A stretch of 64,000 nt of DNA from Octopus bimaculoides (taxonomy: Eukaryota), in NCBI RefSeq assembly GCF_001194135.2, contig NC_068984.1:69144188-69208187 (forward strand), written 5' to 3'. This document shows positions 26,039 through 37,645 of this stretch, in pieces. The notes under the pieces were generated by a model. The model was not told where the DNA came from. It saw nothing but the letters and a program-made list of their open reading frames with translations, and did not search any database. The position numbers and the translations under genes were made by a program. Position 1 is the stretch's first letter; each line of letters starts with the position of its first letter.

Positions 26039-27065
26039 AGTGTTGAAGTGCATCCCTTAACAAAGTTTGCATACATGAGGCTGATAACATCATAAGACTT
26101 GGAAGGCAACTCCTTAAGCAGCACTCTGTCTGATAGTCTAGAATACATGCCCAAAGAAGTCGCATGACTCTACCTCAACATATCATCAGATGAAAGGATG
26201 AATCTATATGAGCAGAAGACTATGCATGGATATGTTACTAGAAAGCTCCATGATGATAGTAACATTGAATCAAAGCAGTTTATCACGGACAAATAGCCAG
26301 ATTACTACCTCCCAATTTTGAAAAGTATGCATTTGCAATCCAGGAACAGGAAATATCAACCAAGTACCTGATGCACAAAAGGGATAGAGATGCAGGAAAA
26401 GCAGTAAAATGTGACGACTGATGCAGAATTTGTGGAGTTAACACTGAAGATATCACCCACATCATAAGTGGTTATCCGAAAATGTTATCACAGTTTTATC
26501 TACCGATGAGACATGACTTTGTAGCTAGGACACTCTATAATGCAATCCATCAGAAGGATAATCCCAAGAACAAAGAAATAAAAACCCACAATATGGTAGA
26601 AGCCATAGCCACTCATAACACAAAGGAATACTCTTGGAATGTCTCAGTGAAGACCTCAATAAAATGTAAGCACAACAGATCTGATATTATGATTTGGGAT
26701 AGAGAAAAGAAACTGTACACAGTTGTAGAAATTAGCTAACCACTGGATGCTAACATAAAGCTGAAGATCAGTGACAAAGAGAACACCTATGCTGAACTAC
26801 TGAAAAATCTGCAGTTACTCTATCCAGATTACAAGTTCAGGTTTATTCCTGTAATTATTGGGGCCTGAGATATGTAACACACTGACTAAATACCAATCTT
26901 CAGAAATTAGTCTTCTCAAAACCAGAAAGGAGAATGCTAATTCGAAGACTACAGATCCAGTCTATCACTGGAACTGTAAAAATCTGGAAAACTTTCCAGA
27001 AGTTTATCATTTAAATATATTTGAGCATGTCTAGATATGTAACTAGATGCATGATAATACATACA
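26039..27065 (+). mobile_element. R4/Dong-clade non-LTR retrotransposon, 5'-truncated, (TACA)n-flanked
   Basis: FAIQEQEISTKY, CCHC-like CRICGVNTEDITHIISG..RHD, RLE motif HNRSDIMIWD...VEIS, and FIPVIIGA. Preceded by (TACA)3 at 26027-26038 and followed by (CATA)n. Confidence 0.88.
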
Positions 27066-27090
27066 TAAAACATACAAATCTGCACATGCA

Positions 27091-27123
<33 letters not shown>

Positions 27124-28810
27124 GCATGCATGCATACATACATGCATACATACATACATACATACACACATACATACATACATACATATATACATGTTGT
27201 TTATCTCCGGACCATATATATCATGTAGTCTCATGTTAAAGCTCTGCATATTCTGACTTATAGTTAATTATCTATTGAGTACTTTGTGGTTATATGCTTC
27301 TTACAGAGCCTATTAGTCTCTGCTTTTTCCCCTTCTTCACTTGCTCAGCACTTCAGAGCAAAAGACCCTTATATACAACTGACAGCTATAACAACTGGAC
27401 TTTTATCCTCCATCGTTACCCCATGCTATTTTTTTTTGTACTCTAAACAGGTTACAGCCCCTGTATGGCTCTGTGCTTTTTAGAAGGCAGTGGAACTTTT
27501 AAGTTCATCTTAACTACATATTTCTTCTCATCATCACTACACTGGTCAGCTCCCATATTACAATACAAAAGTGACAATGAGTCAAGTACTAACATGTTGC
27601 TGAAACTCTTACTATGATATTTATTTTTTCCTTTTTTTTCTTTAATTATATCTTAGCCTAAGTGTGTTCCTTAGAACTTCACTCTGTTGAAATTCCAGAT
27701 CTTTGGTTAGAAATACTAGGCAAACACTCCAGTAGGCTTTACTGCATAGGATAGTGAGTTGCTGTTCTGAGCCTAATTGAAAGCCATGATATATCCATGC
27801 CTATTTATGCATATATATGAGTATATTTTTTGCATATCCATATATATATGTATGATTTTTGTATGTATTTATGTGTGTCTTTATGTGTGTGTGTGTGTTT
27901 GTGTGTCTATATAGAAAAATGCACAAGACTTGAAGACAGATCAATTTCAAACATCTTTTTTGTTAGAGCTTTGTTCCAAGTGTTCTAAGCATCACTCACT
28001 TGACCATTTTGAAACATCATGCATCACTCTGTTGTTATTTCCAATATCTGGTTATAAAAACCAGGCAAGCATTCCAATAGGTTATACTGCATAGGATGGC
28101 TAATTGCTGTCCTGAACATAACTCAAAGCCGTGGTATTTCTTAGGGCACACAAACAATTAATTTCTTCTTTTCCAATTCTTGTATATATTGCTCAAACAA
28201 GTAAGAAGTGAATGGCCTAACTTAACTCTACCTGACAATCACTTTTTCTTTCAGTTTGCCCATGTCAATTCTCTATCGCACTGTCATTCCCAAATGTTTT
28301 GTTCTTTTATTTTACTTGGTGCAGTAAAAATGCTTGTTTGACTCTCATTGTTGTCATTAACCAAAGAATCACAAGTATTGTTCATACTTGTGGTATTTTT
28401 AATGGCATTGTCATTACTTATCTTTTGCATTTGATGTGTGTATTCTGATGGGCAATACTTTGTACTCCTCTCATATGTATGTTCTATGATTTTAATTTAT
28501 TTTATGGCCAGTATGACTGAGAATTTTCATAGCGTGCCTTTTTGTTTAAATAAAAGAGAAATTGTCTAAAAATGTGTCTAAATTTGTATAAGTAAACTTT
28601 TAAAAAAATCTTTGAAGCATTCATGTATGAGTAAGTTTTAAAAAAAAGACCATATTCAATGTTATTGAACTAAAAACAGCTAAAAGAACATCCATTTTGG
28701 TTAGTAGTAAATAATGATACTAGTACTACTACTGCTACTGCTGCTGCTGCCACTGATGCTACTATTAACAACAAAAACAACAATAGCAATAAATGCCAAG
28801 ATGCAATACC

Positions 28811-30040
28811 AGGTAGTGGCTCTCATGGCTGCTGATCTTAATTGATTGTAAGTGTTATCATGTGCATGTTTTGTCTTTGTGCAAAAGATGGACTGCCACA
28901 AATATTCTGCTCAATACCACAGATTTGCTTGTCAGTTGTTTAACTTTAACCATTTGGTCATGTCCCTTTGGTGGATTACGATGTGTGCATCTCTGATCAC
29001 AAGTAGAAGTAGTGGGGGAGCATCATAGCCATATGTTGAGAGGAATTCTTTGGGGGGTTGAATAATTCACCTCTGGAAACATGGGTGTTTGCTCCAGGAC
29101 TAGTTCTGTAGTGCGCCAACAAATGGTAGCACATAGATGTATGTACAGTGAGAGTTAGCAGTGACCTTCATGAGGCAATGCGCTAAGTGACATTGCTGTG
29201 TTTACTTCGTAAATTGTGAAATTTGTGTTTTTGTGATCATGTGTCTGCTGTAGTCTTCGATTTTGTCATGGATAAGAACAAAAAAAAAACATTGTGAAAT
29301 TTTGTGCTAAATTTGGGAAATGTGCTTCAGAGATATTGAGTATGCTTCGGCAAGCTTGCAGCAATGAAGCAATGGGTCGTATCGAATGTTTCAAGTGGCA
29401 TGGGTACTTCATTAGTGGAAGAACGTACCTGGAAGATGATGAGTGATCTGGAAGACTTGCCATGAGCCTCACCCTCAGAAATGTGGTATTATGCATTGAG
29501 AATTCATCCCAGAACATTATTCAAGACTTCTACTGTGAGATTTTGAAGTGTCTGAGGGAGGACGTTTGTCAAAAATAACTGGATCTGTGAAGCATGAAGA
29601 ACTGGATTCTTCACTGAGCTCTCCTTGCTCTTGAGTTTCTCATAAAAATGTCATGTTATCACTTCTGCACCTGCCCTATTCGCCAGATCTATCCCCTGTG
29701 GACTGCTATCTCTTTCCCAAGATGAAAATGCAGCTCAGAGGTCGCTGTTTTAAGACTATTGTCGAGATCCAGAATGAATTGCAGAAGGTCCTCGATTTGC
29801 TTACAGATAACAACTTCCAGGCTGGATTCCAAAAGTGGCAGGAATGCTGGGACCAGTGTATTGCTGTGCAAAGTGACTCTTTCGAAGGAGATTATGTTGA
29901 AACTTTGATAAACAGGTTATTTTCTATTAAGCATAACTAGTCTAGTAACCTTTTGATATCACTATGTATATTAGGCTTCATATACCCCAGTGTCACTTTG
30001 ATGGGACAAACTGCTCACTTGCTCAACTCAAAAATAATGA
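28811..30040 (+). mobile_element. Non-autonomous repeat (family E, triplet-repeat tail) split by a mariner
   Basis: 5' part GCATCTCTGATCACAAGTAGAAGTAGTGGGGGAGCATCATAGCC... and 3' part TACCCCAGTGTCACTTTGATGG both match the contiguous copy at 30285-30527. Confidence 0.75.
29093..29960 (+). mobile_element. Internally deleted mariner (irritans-like)
   Basis: N-terminus VKFCAKFGKCASEILSMLRQA...FKWH...GRTYLEDDE; C-terminus HLPYSPDLSPVDCYLFPKMK...WQECWDQCI (ORF 29653-29940). Partial TIRs are GGACTAGTT and AACTAGTC. Confidence 0.88.
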
Positions 30041-30050
30041 TGATGATGAA

Positions 30051-30095
<45 letters not shown>

Positions 30096-30119
30096 TATTA
30101 TTATTATTATTATTATTAT

Positions 30120-30290
30120 AACGAAGACTAAAACAATGCCTGTTGTCATTGGTGCCCTAGGAATGACAGAAAAAAGGGACTGATTGCTACCTAGCTCAGA
30201 TACCAGGAAACCCCAAAATGGCAGAAATTCAAAAGATAGTGCTCAAGGGAACTGCCCATACCCTACGTAAAATACTGTCTATATTGACCA
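30120..30290 (+). mobile_element. R4/Dong-clade extreme 3' coding fragment next to (TAA)n
   Basis: KTKTMPVVIGALGM...YLAQIPGNPKMAEIQKIVLKGTAHTLRKILS, immediately downstream of an (ATA)n/(ATT)n tract. Confidence 0.8.
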
Positions 30291-30560
30291 TGTTCTTTAG
30301 TGGTTGACGATATGTGCATATCTGATCACGAGTAGAAGTAGTGGGGGAACATCATAGCCATGTGTTGAGAGGAATTCTTTAGGGTTTGAATAATTCACAC
30401 ACATATGGTTGTGATGCATGTGCCTAGTGTACCCTTATCAGACGGGTAGTCATGGTGGGTATACTGGGCTTTGTATATTTTACCCCAGTATCGCTTTGAT
30501 GGCATGCACTGCTCTCTCACTCATTAATAATAATAATAATAATAATAATGATAATAATAA
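30285..30560 (+). mobile_element. Family E repeat, second copy, ending in (AAT)n
   Basis: Matches both parts of 28811-30040 and ends CTGCTCTCTCACTCATTAATAATAAT. Confidence 0.75.
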
Positions 30561-30822
30561 TAACATTAATAATAATAATGATAGTAATACTGTAAGTAAA
30601 GATATAGACAAATGATTGAAGGAAATTGGAATAGAATGATATGTAGAGCTTCTATGGAAAGCTTGCCTCTCATGGACAGGAATGATTATCAGTGGGGTCT
30701 TAAGCACTTCAGAAACTATTGAAAGTTTGTGGATACCTAAGGTTACAGGTGATAACCTGATACCACATAAATTCTATCAAGAATAAGAATGAACCTGAGT
30801 TAAACCAATAGTAATAATAATA

Positions 30823-31420
30823 TTCCTTTCTACTATAGGCACAAGGCCTGAAATTTTTGTGGGGCAGAGATTAGTTTCTACTCTGGGCACAAGGCTCGAA
30901 ATTTTTGGAGAGGGAGCCAGTTGATTAGTTCAACCCCAGCATGTAACTGGTACTTAATTTATCGACCCTGAAAGGATGTAAAGCAAAGTTGACTTCGGCG
31001 GAATTTGAACTCAGAACGTAAAAACAGACGAAATACTGCTAAGCAATTTTGCCCAGTGTGCTAACATTTCTGCCATGACCCTAATACACAGCTGGTATTT
31101 ATTTCCTCAACCTCAATAGGATGGAAGACAAAGTTGACCTTGGTGTAATTTAAAATCAGAACATAAAGACAGATAAAATATCACTAAGCACTTTGTCTAG
31201 TGCACTAAAGCGTTTGTCATCTCACCGTCTTGATGACAATAGTAATAATAACTCAAATGTGATGTCATAGATCTGAAGTGGAAGGATTGCTTAATTAAAC
31301 AGAACTGGAAAGAATGGAAAGTAAAGTCATTTTTGGTGTGATTTGAACTCAGAACATAGTTGAATGTGACTAAATTCTGCAATATATTTTGTCTGACGCT
31401 CTAATGATTCTGCTAACATA
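30823..31420 (-). mobile_element. Three adjacent family A SINEs; the first has a duplicated 3' tail
   Basis: Repeated reverse-complement motifs GGTACTTAATTTATCGACCC, AAAGTTGAC and TTTGAACTCAGAAC. GGCACAAGG..GAAATTTTTG occurs twice. Confidence 0.8.
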
Positions 31421-31887
31421 AGGTAAAATATTTCTATATCTCCCTCTAGTTAAAATTTGTTAAGAGATGTTGATGATAAGTCCTAACACCTTCTGTGCAT
31501 CTCACATGTCATTAGGTCTGGTGTTTTGAGCTGTCAACAGAGCTAAATTAGCTGAAGTGATTTGTCATTTCGTGGATTTTCTTTTGTCTTTGTATGCATG
31601 TATAGAGTTACTTGAGGTCAGCTTTGACAAATGATTTATATAGGTTGATAACATTGGCTTGGTTTACAAGTTACAAAATCGATAAAAGTCCTTTTGATGA
31701 TTTCCAGAAGCTGATTTACGATATTGACTTATTGACCAATGAGAGGATTTGAAATTTCAAGTCTTGTAAGTTGTCAGATTCGAAAACAAATTTTTCTTTT
31801 GTTTCTGTAATTATTATTGTCCACAAAGAGAGAAGTAGGTTGGAAGAAACAATAGACTAAAGTACCCAATAATAACATTACTTTCAC

Positions 31888-32100
31888 CAAGGTGGCGAAC
31901 TGGTAGAATCGTTAGCACACTGGGTGAAATGCTTGGAAGCGTTTTAAGTCTGTTGTTACATTCTGAATTCAGATGCTGCTGAGATCAACTTTGCCATTCA
32001 TCCTATCAGGGTCGTTAAAATAAATACCGGTTGCCTACTGGGGTCAATGTAATCAACTTAACAACTTTCTCTGAACTTGCTGGCCTTGTGCCAAAAATTT
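31888..32100 (+). mobile_element. SINE family A
   Basis: GGTGGCGAACTGGTAGAATCGTTAGCAC...TTGCCATTCATCCTATCAGGGTCG...GGCCTTGTGCC. Confidence 0.85.
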
Positions 32101-33193
32101 AAAATCTATTTCCTTACCTTCATTTCTCTTGAGTTCAGCTGTGTCCTTCCTCCATCTGAAGTTGATCAAATCAATATTAGCAGTGTGACTGTTGTTCATT
32201 AAAGCATTTCAGCCATGACATCATATCATGATTTTAGATGGTGTCTATAACTACATTACTGAATATGTCCTTTTCTTTAATAAAGCTGTAGAGTTTAATT
32301 GATTTGAGAGATGTTCGACTGCTATTTCAGGCAGGCTGAGGATGGTCAATATACAAGCCTTCCAAATTAAATCACCTAGTTATGTTAATATATACTGACA
32401 TGACTTCTGCTAATTAATCGCTTTACATTTCTTATGAATTTGTGTTCATGTACAACTGTGAAAAACTATTGTCCCTGTGTCAAAAGGGACTCTCTACAGA
32501 GTTACTCAACCTGCTAGAAATAGCAACTAAATCTTTCTCAAATCACATTTTACTGTTTTAGAAAAAATACAAATTGGATAATGTGGTCCTGTATTCCTTG
32601 CATATAATAATACAGACATGATGGTCATGACTGGAATGACTTTGATCTTTAGTTTTTTTGGCTTTTTTTTTATTATCTGGGCTGAGATGGAACTAAACAA
32701 CAAAGTCATTATCATTGTCCACAAAATATATTTTGTCTGTATGACATTTGAAAAAAAAAACAATATTTCATGATTCATGACTACAAAAGTAATATTTGCT
32801 GGTTCATTGGTTTTAAAATCCATTTAGTGGTTTTGCAATTAATACTTATGTTGTTTTCTATTTTTTACATTCAATAACATAAAACCAACAACACCATGAG
32901 AGCCAATAAAGTAATCTCTATTTGCTGGCCCATTCTGCTAGATATAACAGCCATATATCTATCAAAACATACTCTATTCTTCTACTGCTATAAAAGGTGA
33001 ATGTAATATTGTGTAATGTGGTCCTAAATGCACTGAGCCAGCCAAACTGACAGGGTTGTCACTGACTGAATATCTTCATTCGGAAGCAAGCTCAATCAAG
33101 GCTGACTTGGGCTAAGCAATAACAATGTGTGAGACCAATTAAATTTCTGTATTTAAAATACACTCGTGCATGTGCACATGCAAGCACACACAC

Positions 33194-33249
<56 letters not shown>

Positions 33250-33621
33250 ATCCATGTGTACACACACACAAACATGTGTGTTTGTGTAAATAGGGAACTG
33301 TTCTTCTAAGAAACACGTCATGTTAAAGAAAAAATAATTTATAAGTTTGATCATATTAAGGACGATTTTATTTACTTATGAAGTCTTTATAAATCAGTCT
33401 GGAACATTTGCATCTTTAAATCCATTAATTCATTAATGTTCTGAGACCCTTAGAGTCCCACTGCCATAATAAAGTGTTGGCATTAATAGTGCGTTGCACA
33501 TGTCCTTTGCAATTGATCACAAAGAGTCATGGGAATACTTTTGTAACTGATAAAATCGTTAATACAGGATTGTAAATTGTACAACAGTAAATCCTGACAG
33601 TTTTCATTATTAATTGTACTG

Positions 33622-34030
33622 AAGTTGGTGAGCTGGTAGAATTGTTAGCATGCCAAGCAAATTGCTTAGCAGCATTTCATCCATCTTTACTCTCTGAGTT
33701 CAAATTCCACCAAGGTTGATTTTACCTTTCATCCTTTCATGGTTGATAAAATAAGAACCATCTGAGTGCTAGGGTTGATGTAAATGACTTAGCCCCACCC
33801 ACCAAAATTTGAAATCCCTATTAATTGTACTTGCAAGACAGCAAACTGGTAGAATTGTTAGCACATCAGACAAAAAGCTAAGGAGCATTTCATCCATCTT
33901 TACATTCTGAGTTCATATTTCACTGAGGTTAACTTTGCCTTTCATTCTTTCAGGGTTGATAGCTTAGTCAAACACGGAGGTCAGTGTAATTGACTAATGC
34001 CCGCCCACAAAATTTCAGTCAGCTATAATA
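33622..34030 (+). mobile_element. Two tandem family A SINEs
   Basis: Heads CTGGTAGAATTGTTAGCA near 33632 and 33847, each followed by the core. Confidence 0.85.
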
Positions 34031-34304
34031 AGAAAGAGCTGTTAAGTGTACATTTGATGTGTCTCTGTTTAATTTAGGTCTGTGGTTTGCTTCTCAATTA
34101 AAATTATAGAACTGCTAACTTGTCTTTTTTCTATTTCATTTTATTCTATTTTATGAATTGTATTATATTATAAGGAATTGCAATGGCTCCTCATAATAAG
34201 TGGATGATCAACCAGAGAGCATGTATTGTATTTGTATGTCATATGTAACACTGATCCATTAAGATTGCAATTTCCCAGTTTTCATTGACACCAAATATTC
34301 TTTT

Positions 34305-34510
34305 CTACTCAAGGCACAAGGCCCAAAATTTCTGGGGAGGGGGGGCATCCGATTAGATTGACGTCAGTACGCAACTGGTACTTAATTTTTCAACCCCAAA
34401 AGTATGAAAAGCAAAGTTGACATTGGTGGAATTTGAATTCAGAATATAAAGACTGACGAAATACCACTAATCATTTTGCCCAGCATGCTAATGTTTCTGC
34501 CAGCTCACCA
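34305..34510 (-). mobile_element. SINE family A
   Basis: Reverse complement of the 702-901 copy. Confidence 0.85.
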
Positions 34511-35399
34511 TCTTACTGAAACCAAATATTAAATTGATAGTATGTAGTTTGTTTTGGGGTTTGCTAGTTTGTGGTTTAATGTTGACAAGTTTTTCATTTC
34601 AATGTTATTGTAATACATTCTAACCATGAGCTTGTGGTTAGATGTGATACAGATGGTGTTCTGTTTAATGAGGTTTTACATATTATATTCATCCATTTTA
34701 TAACCAGAATGCATTAGCTCCTATAGAATACTATATATCTGGGTTTCTTTTATGAGTGCAGCATCAATTGTATAAGAGTGTGTGATTTTGTTCTTGTATT
34801 GTATTATAGCCTAGTTAAGGTGAAATCTTTAGCATGCCAGATAAAAAGCCAAGCAACCCTTCTTCAAACTCTATACATTCTGAGCTCAAAAACTATTGAG
34901 ATTGACTTCACCTTTGCTCCTTTTGGGATCAATAAAATAAGTATCAGTTGAACACTAAGGTTGATGTCATCAACTTACTCCAATGAAATCTGAAACTATT
35001 CTGCTGAGGCCAGCTTTGTCTTTCATCCTAATGGGCCAATAAAATAAAGTACCAATCATTTACTGGAATTGCTGAATTTCGCTAACCTCCTTCCCTAAAA
35101 TTACTAGTGTTTTGCTCTAATTGGCATAATTTATTCAACAACCTGGTTGACTAATCTATTAAGGTATAATAGCATCGAATATTAATAAGATATTAATAAG
35201 ATGAAATCAAATAGAATGAGAAGTCATCTGGTGCAATGCAGACAACAATATCATGATGATATTGTTAAGGGGTTTATAAAAAATGTGATATTTTAAATCA
35301 ATATATTTATTCAAGGTATTTGATCATCAAAAGTTTGTTCAAATGAGTCAGAAAAAAGTTCAGTATAAATGAACATGAGGATCAGACTATTGGTTTCAT

Positions 35400-35595
35400 A
35401 TCTGGCACAAAGCCAGCAATTTCAGGGAAGGGGTTAAGTCAATTACATCAACCCAGTGCTTAACTGGTACTTAATTTATCGACCTTGAAAGAATGAAAGG
35501 CAGTCAACCTCAGTGGCATTTAAACTCAAAACGTAAGGATGGGTGAAATGCTGCTAAGCATTTTGCACAGCATGCTAATGATTTTGCTAGCTCGT
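35400..35595 (-). mobile_element. SINE family A
   Basis: GGCACAAAGCCAGCAATTTC...GGTACTTAATTTATCGACC...GCTAAGCATTTTGC. Confidence 0.85.
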
Positions 35596-35758
35596 CATCT
35601 CAGAAGATCAGAATATTCATAATTATATGAAATCTATCTCTGTGGTGTATAGTTGTGCATATGTACAAGGAGAGATATACAATGTGTGTGTTACTGTTTC
35701 TATCGAGTGTATATAAAAAAGAGAATTACCATGATAGCAATGTAAATGTCTATATGTC

Positions 35759-35795
<37 letters not shown>

Positions 35796-35805
35796 NNNNN
35801 NNNNN

Positions 35806-35844
<39 letters not shown>

Positions 35845-37477
35845 GTATATATATAGGCATATATGTATTTATATATATGCTGTGTGAGAGTACGGTGCCC
35901 CTGGCAAGAATTTATTGGACCACTACATATAAATAGTAGCAGTCTGAGTAAGTGAGGTAGTATATGCTGTGCTTCCACATGTCGAAAATTTATTGCACAA
36001 GTGAGTATGCCTGTATTGACTTAAAATTATATAAATAGTTAAAAGGAGGGAATTTTAAAATGTGCTTTACCAGCAAACATTTGTCCACAATAAGACATTT
36101 CTAATGAAACATTGGCACTTACATGTAAAGATTATGGATATTCCAAGATGTTTCATCTGCATTTAGGTGTGTAAAAAGAAACAAGTCTTTGATGCTAGCC
36201 TTTTATTAGAAGCAACACAACATATGATTCACTGAAATAAATTTTGAGAGATTTAATTACCTGTTTGCATAGTCAGTTTAGTACTTGCTGCTATATATAA
36301 TACCAAATATATATATATAGTATTGCTGGCTCAAAATAATACCTACATCTAAGCCAGAAATCTAGGCCAAGATGTTCAAGGATGTGGAAAAAAATTCTTT
36401 GAGCAATCAGCTGCAAGGGTACCCATTATTAGCTAATGCCTGTTCTTTATGTAGGTCTTCCTTATTGAAGCTATCTTTAGTGGATGAAAATCTAAAATCT
36501 CATCAACAAAGGAGGAATTTGACTATAGATATTTAACATCTATTTATGCATTATCACTATGCATATTTAAGCATCTGTTTGTGTTTCATGAGAGGAACAC
36601 TCTATATGTGGTTATTTATTGCCTCATATATTCATATCTTGCAATCAATTGTTGAAGTCTACTTAATAATACATCTTATTATATTTGTGAAATATTTATA
36701 ATCAGAATAACACTTATTTGCTTTTGAATTTAAATGTGAAATTAGAAAACTGTTCATCATATTTAAGTACAAATAATACATGAAATATTATATATATATA
36801 TATATNNNNNNNNNNNNNNNNNNNNNNNNNNNNNNNNNNNNNNNNNNNNNNNNNNNNNNNNNNNNNNNNNNNNNNNNNNNNNNNNNNNNNNNNNNNNNNN
36901 NNNNNNNNNNNNNNNNNNNNNNNNNNNNNNNNNNNNNNNNNNNNNNNNNNNNNNNNNNNNNNNNNNNNNNNNNNNNNNNNNNNNNNNNNNNNNNNNNNNN
37001 NNNNNNNNNNNNNNNNNNNNNNNNNNNNNNNNNNNNNNNNNNNNNNNNNNNNNNNNNNNNNNNNNNNNNNNNNNNNNNNNNNNNNNNNNNNNNNNNNNNN
37101 NNNNNNNNNNNNNNNNNNNNNNNNNNNNNNNNNNNNNNNNNNNNNNNNNNNNNNNNNNNNNNNNNNNNNNNNNNNNNNNNNNNNNNNNNNNNNNNNNNNN
37201 NNNNNNNNNNNNNNNNNNNNNNNNNNNNNNNNNNNNNNNNNNNNNNNNNNNNNNNNNNNNNNNNNNNNNNNNNNNNNNNNNNNNNNNNNNNNNNNNNNNN
37301 NNNNNNNNNNNNNNNNNNNNNNNNNNNNNNNNNNNNNNNNNNNNNNNNNNNNNNNNNNNNNNNNNNNNNNNNNNNNNNNNNNNNNNNNNNNNNNNNNNNN
37401 NNNNNNNNNNNNNNNNNNNNNNNNNNNNNNNNNNNNNNNNNNNNNNNNNNNNNNNNNNNNNNNNNNNNNNNNNNNNN

Positions 37478-37643
<166 letters not shown>

Positions 37644-37645
37644 AC

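Noticed and set aside
28140-28450. Possible 54-nt intron (GTAAGA...CTAAC...TTTCAG, 28201-28254) with an open frame of about 60 codons downstream
   Set aside because: The translation resembles no protein I recognise and no partner exons can be linked.
35953-36013. TGAGGTAGTA, the first 10 nt of let-7, followed by a weak possible hairpin
   Set aside because: The remaining 12 nt do not match let-7, the stem relies on many G-U pairs and bulges with a 22-nt loop, and a 10-mer match is plausible by chance.
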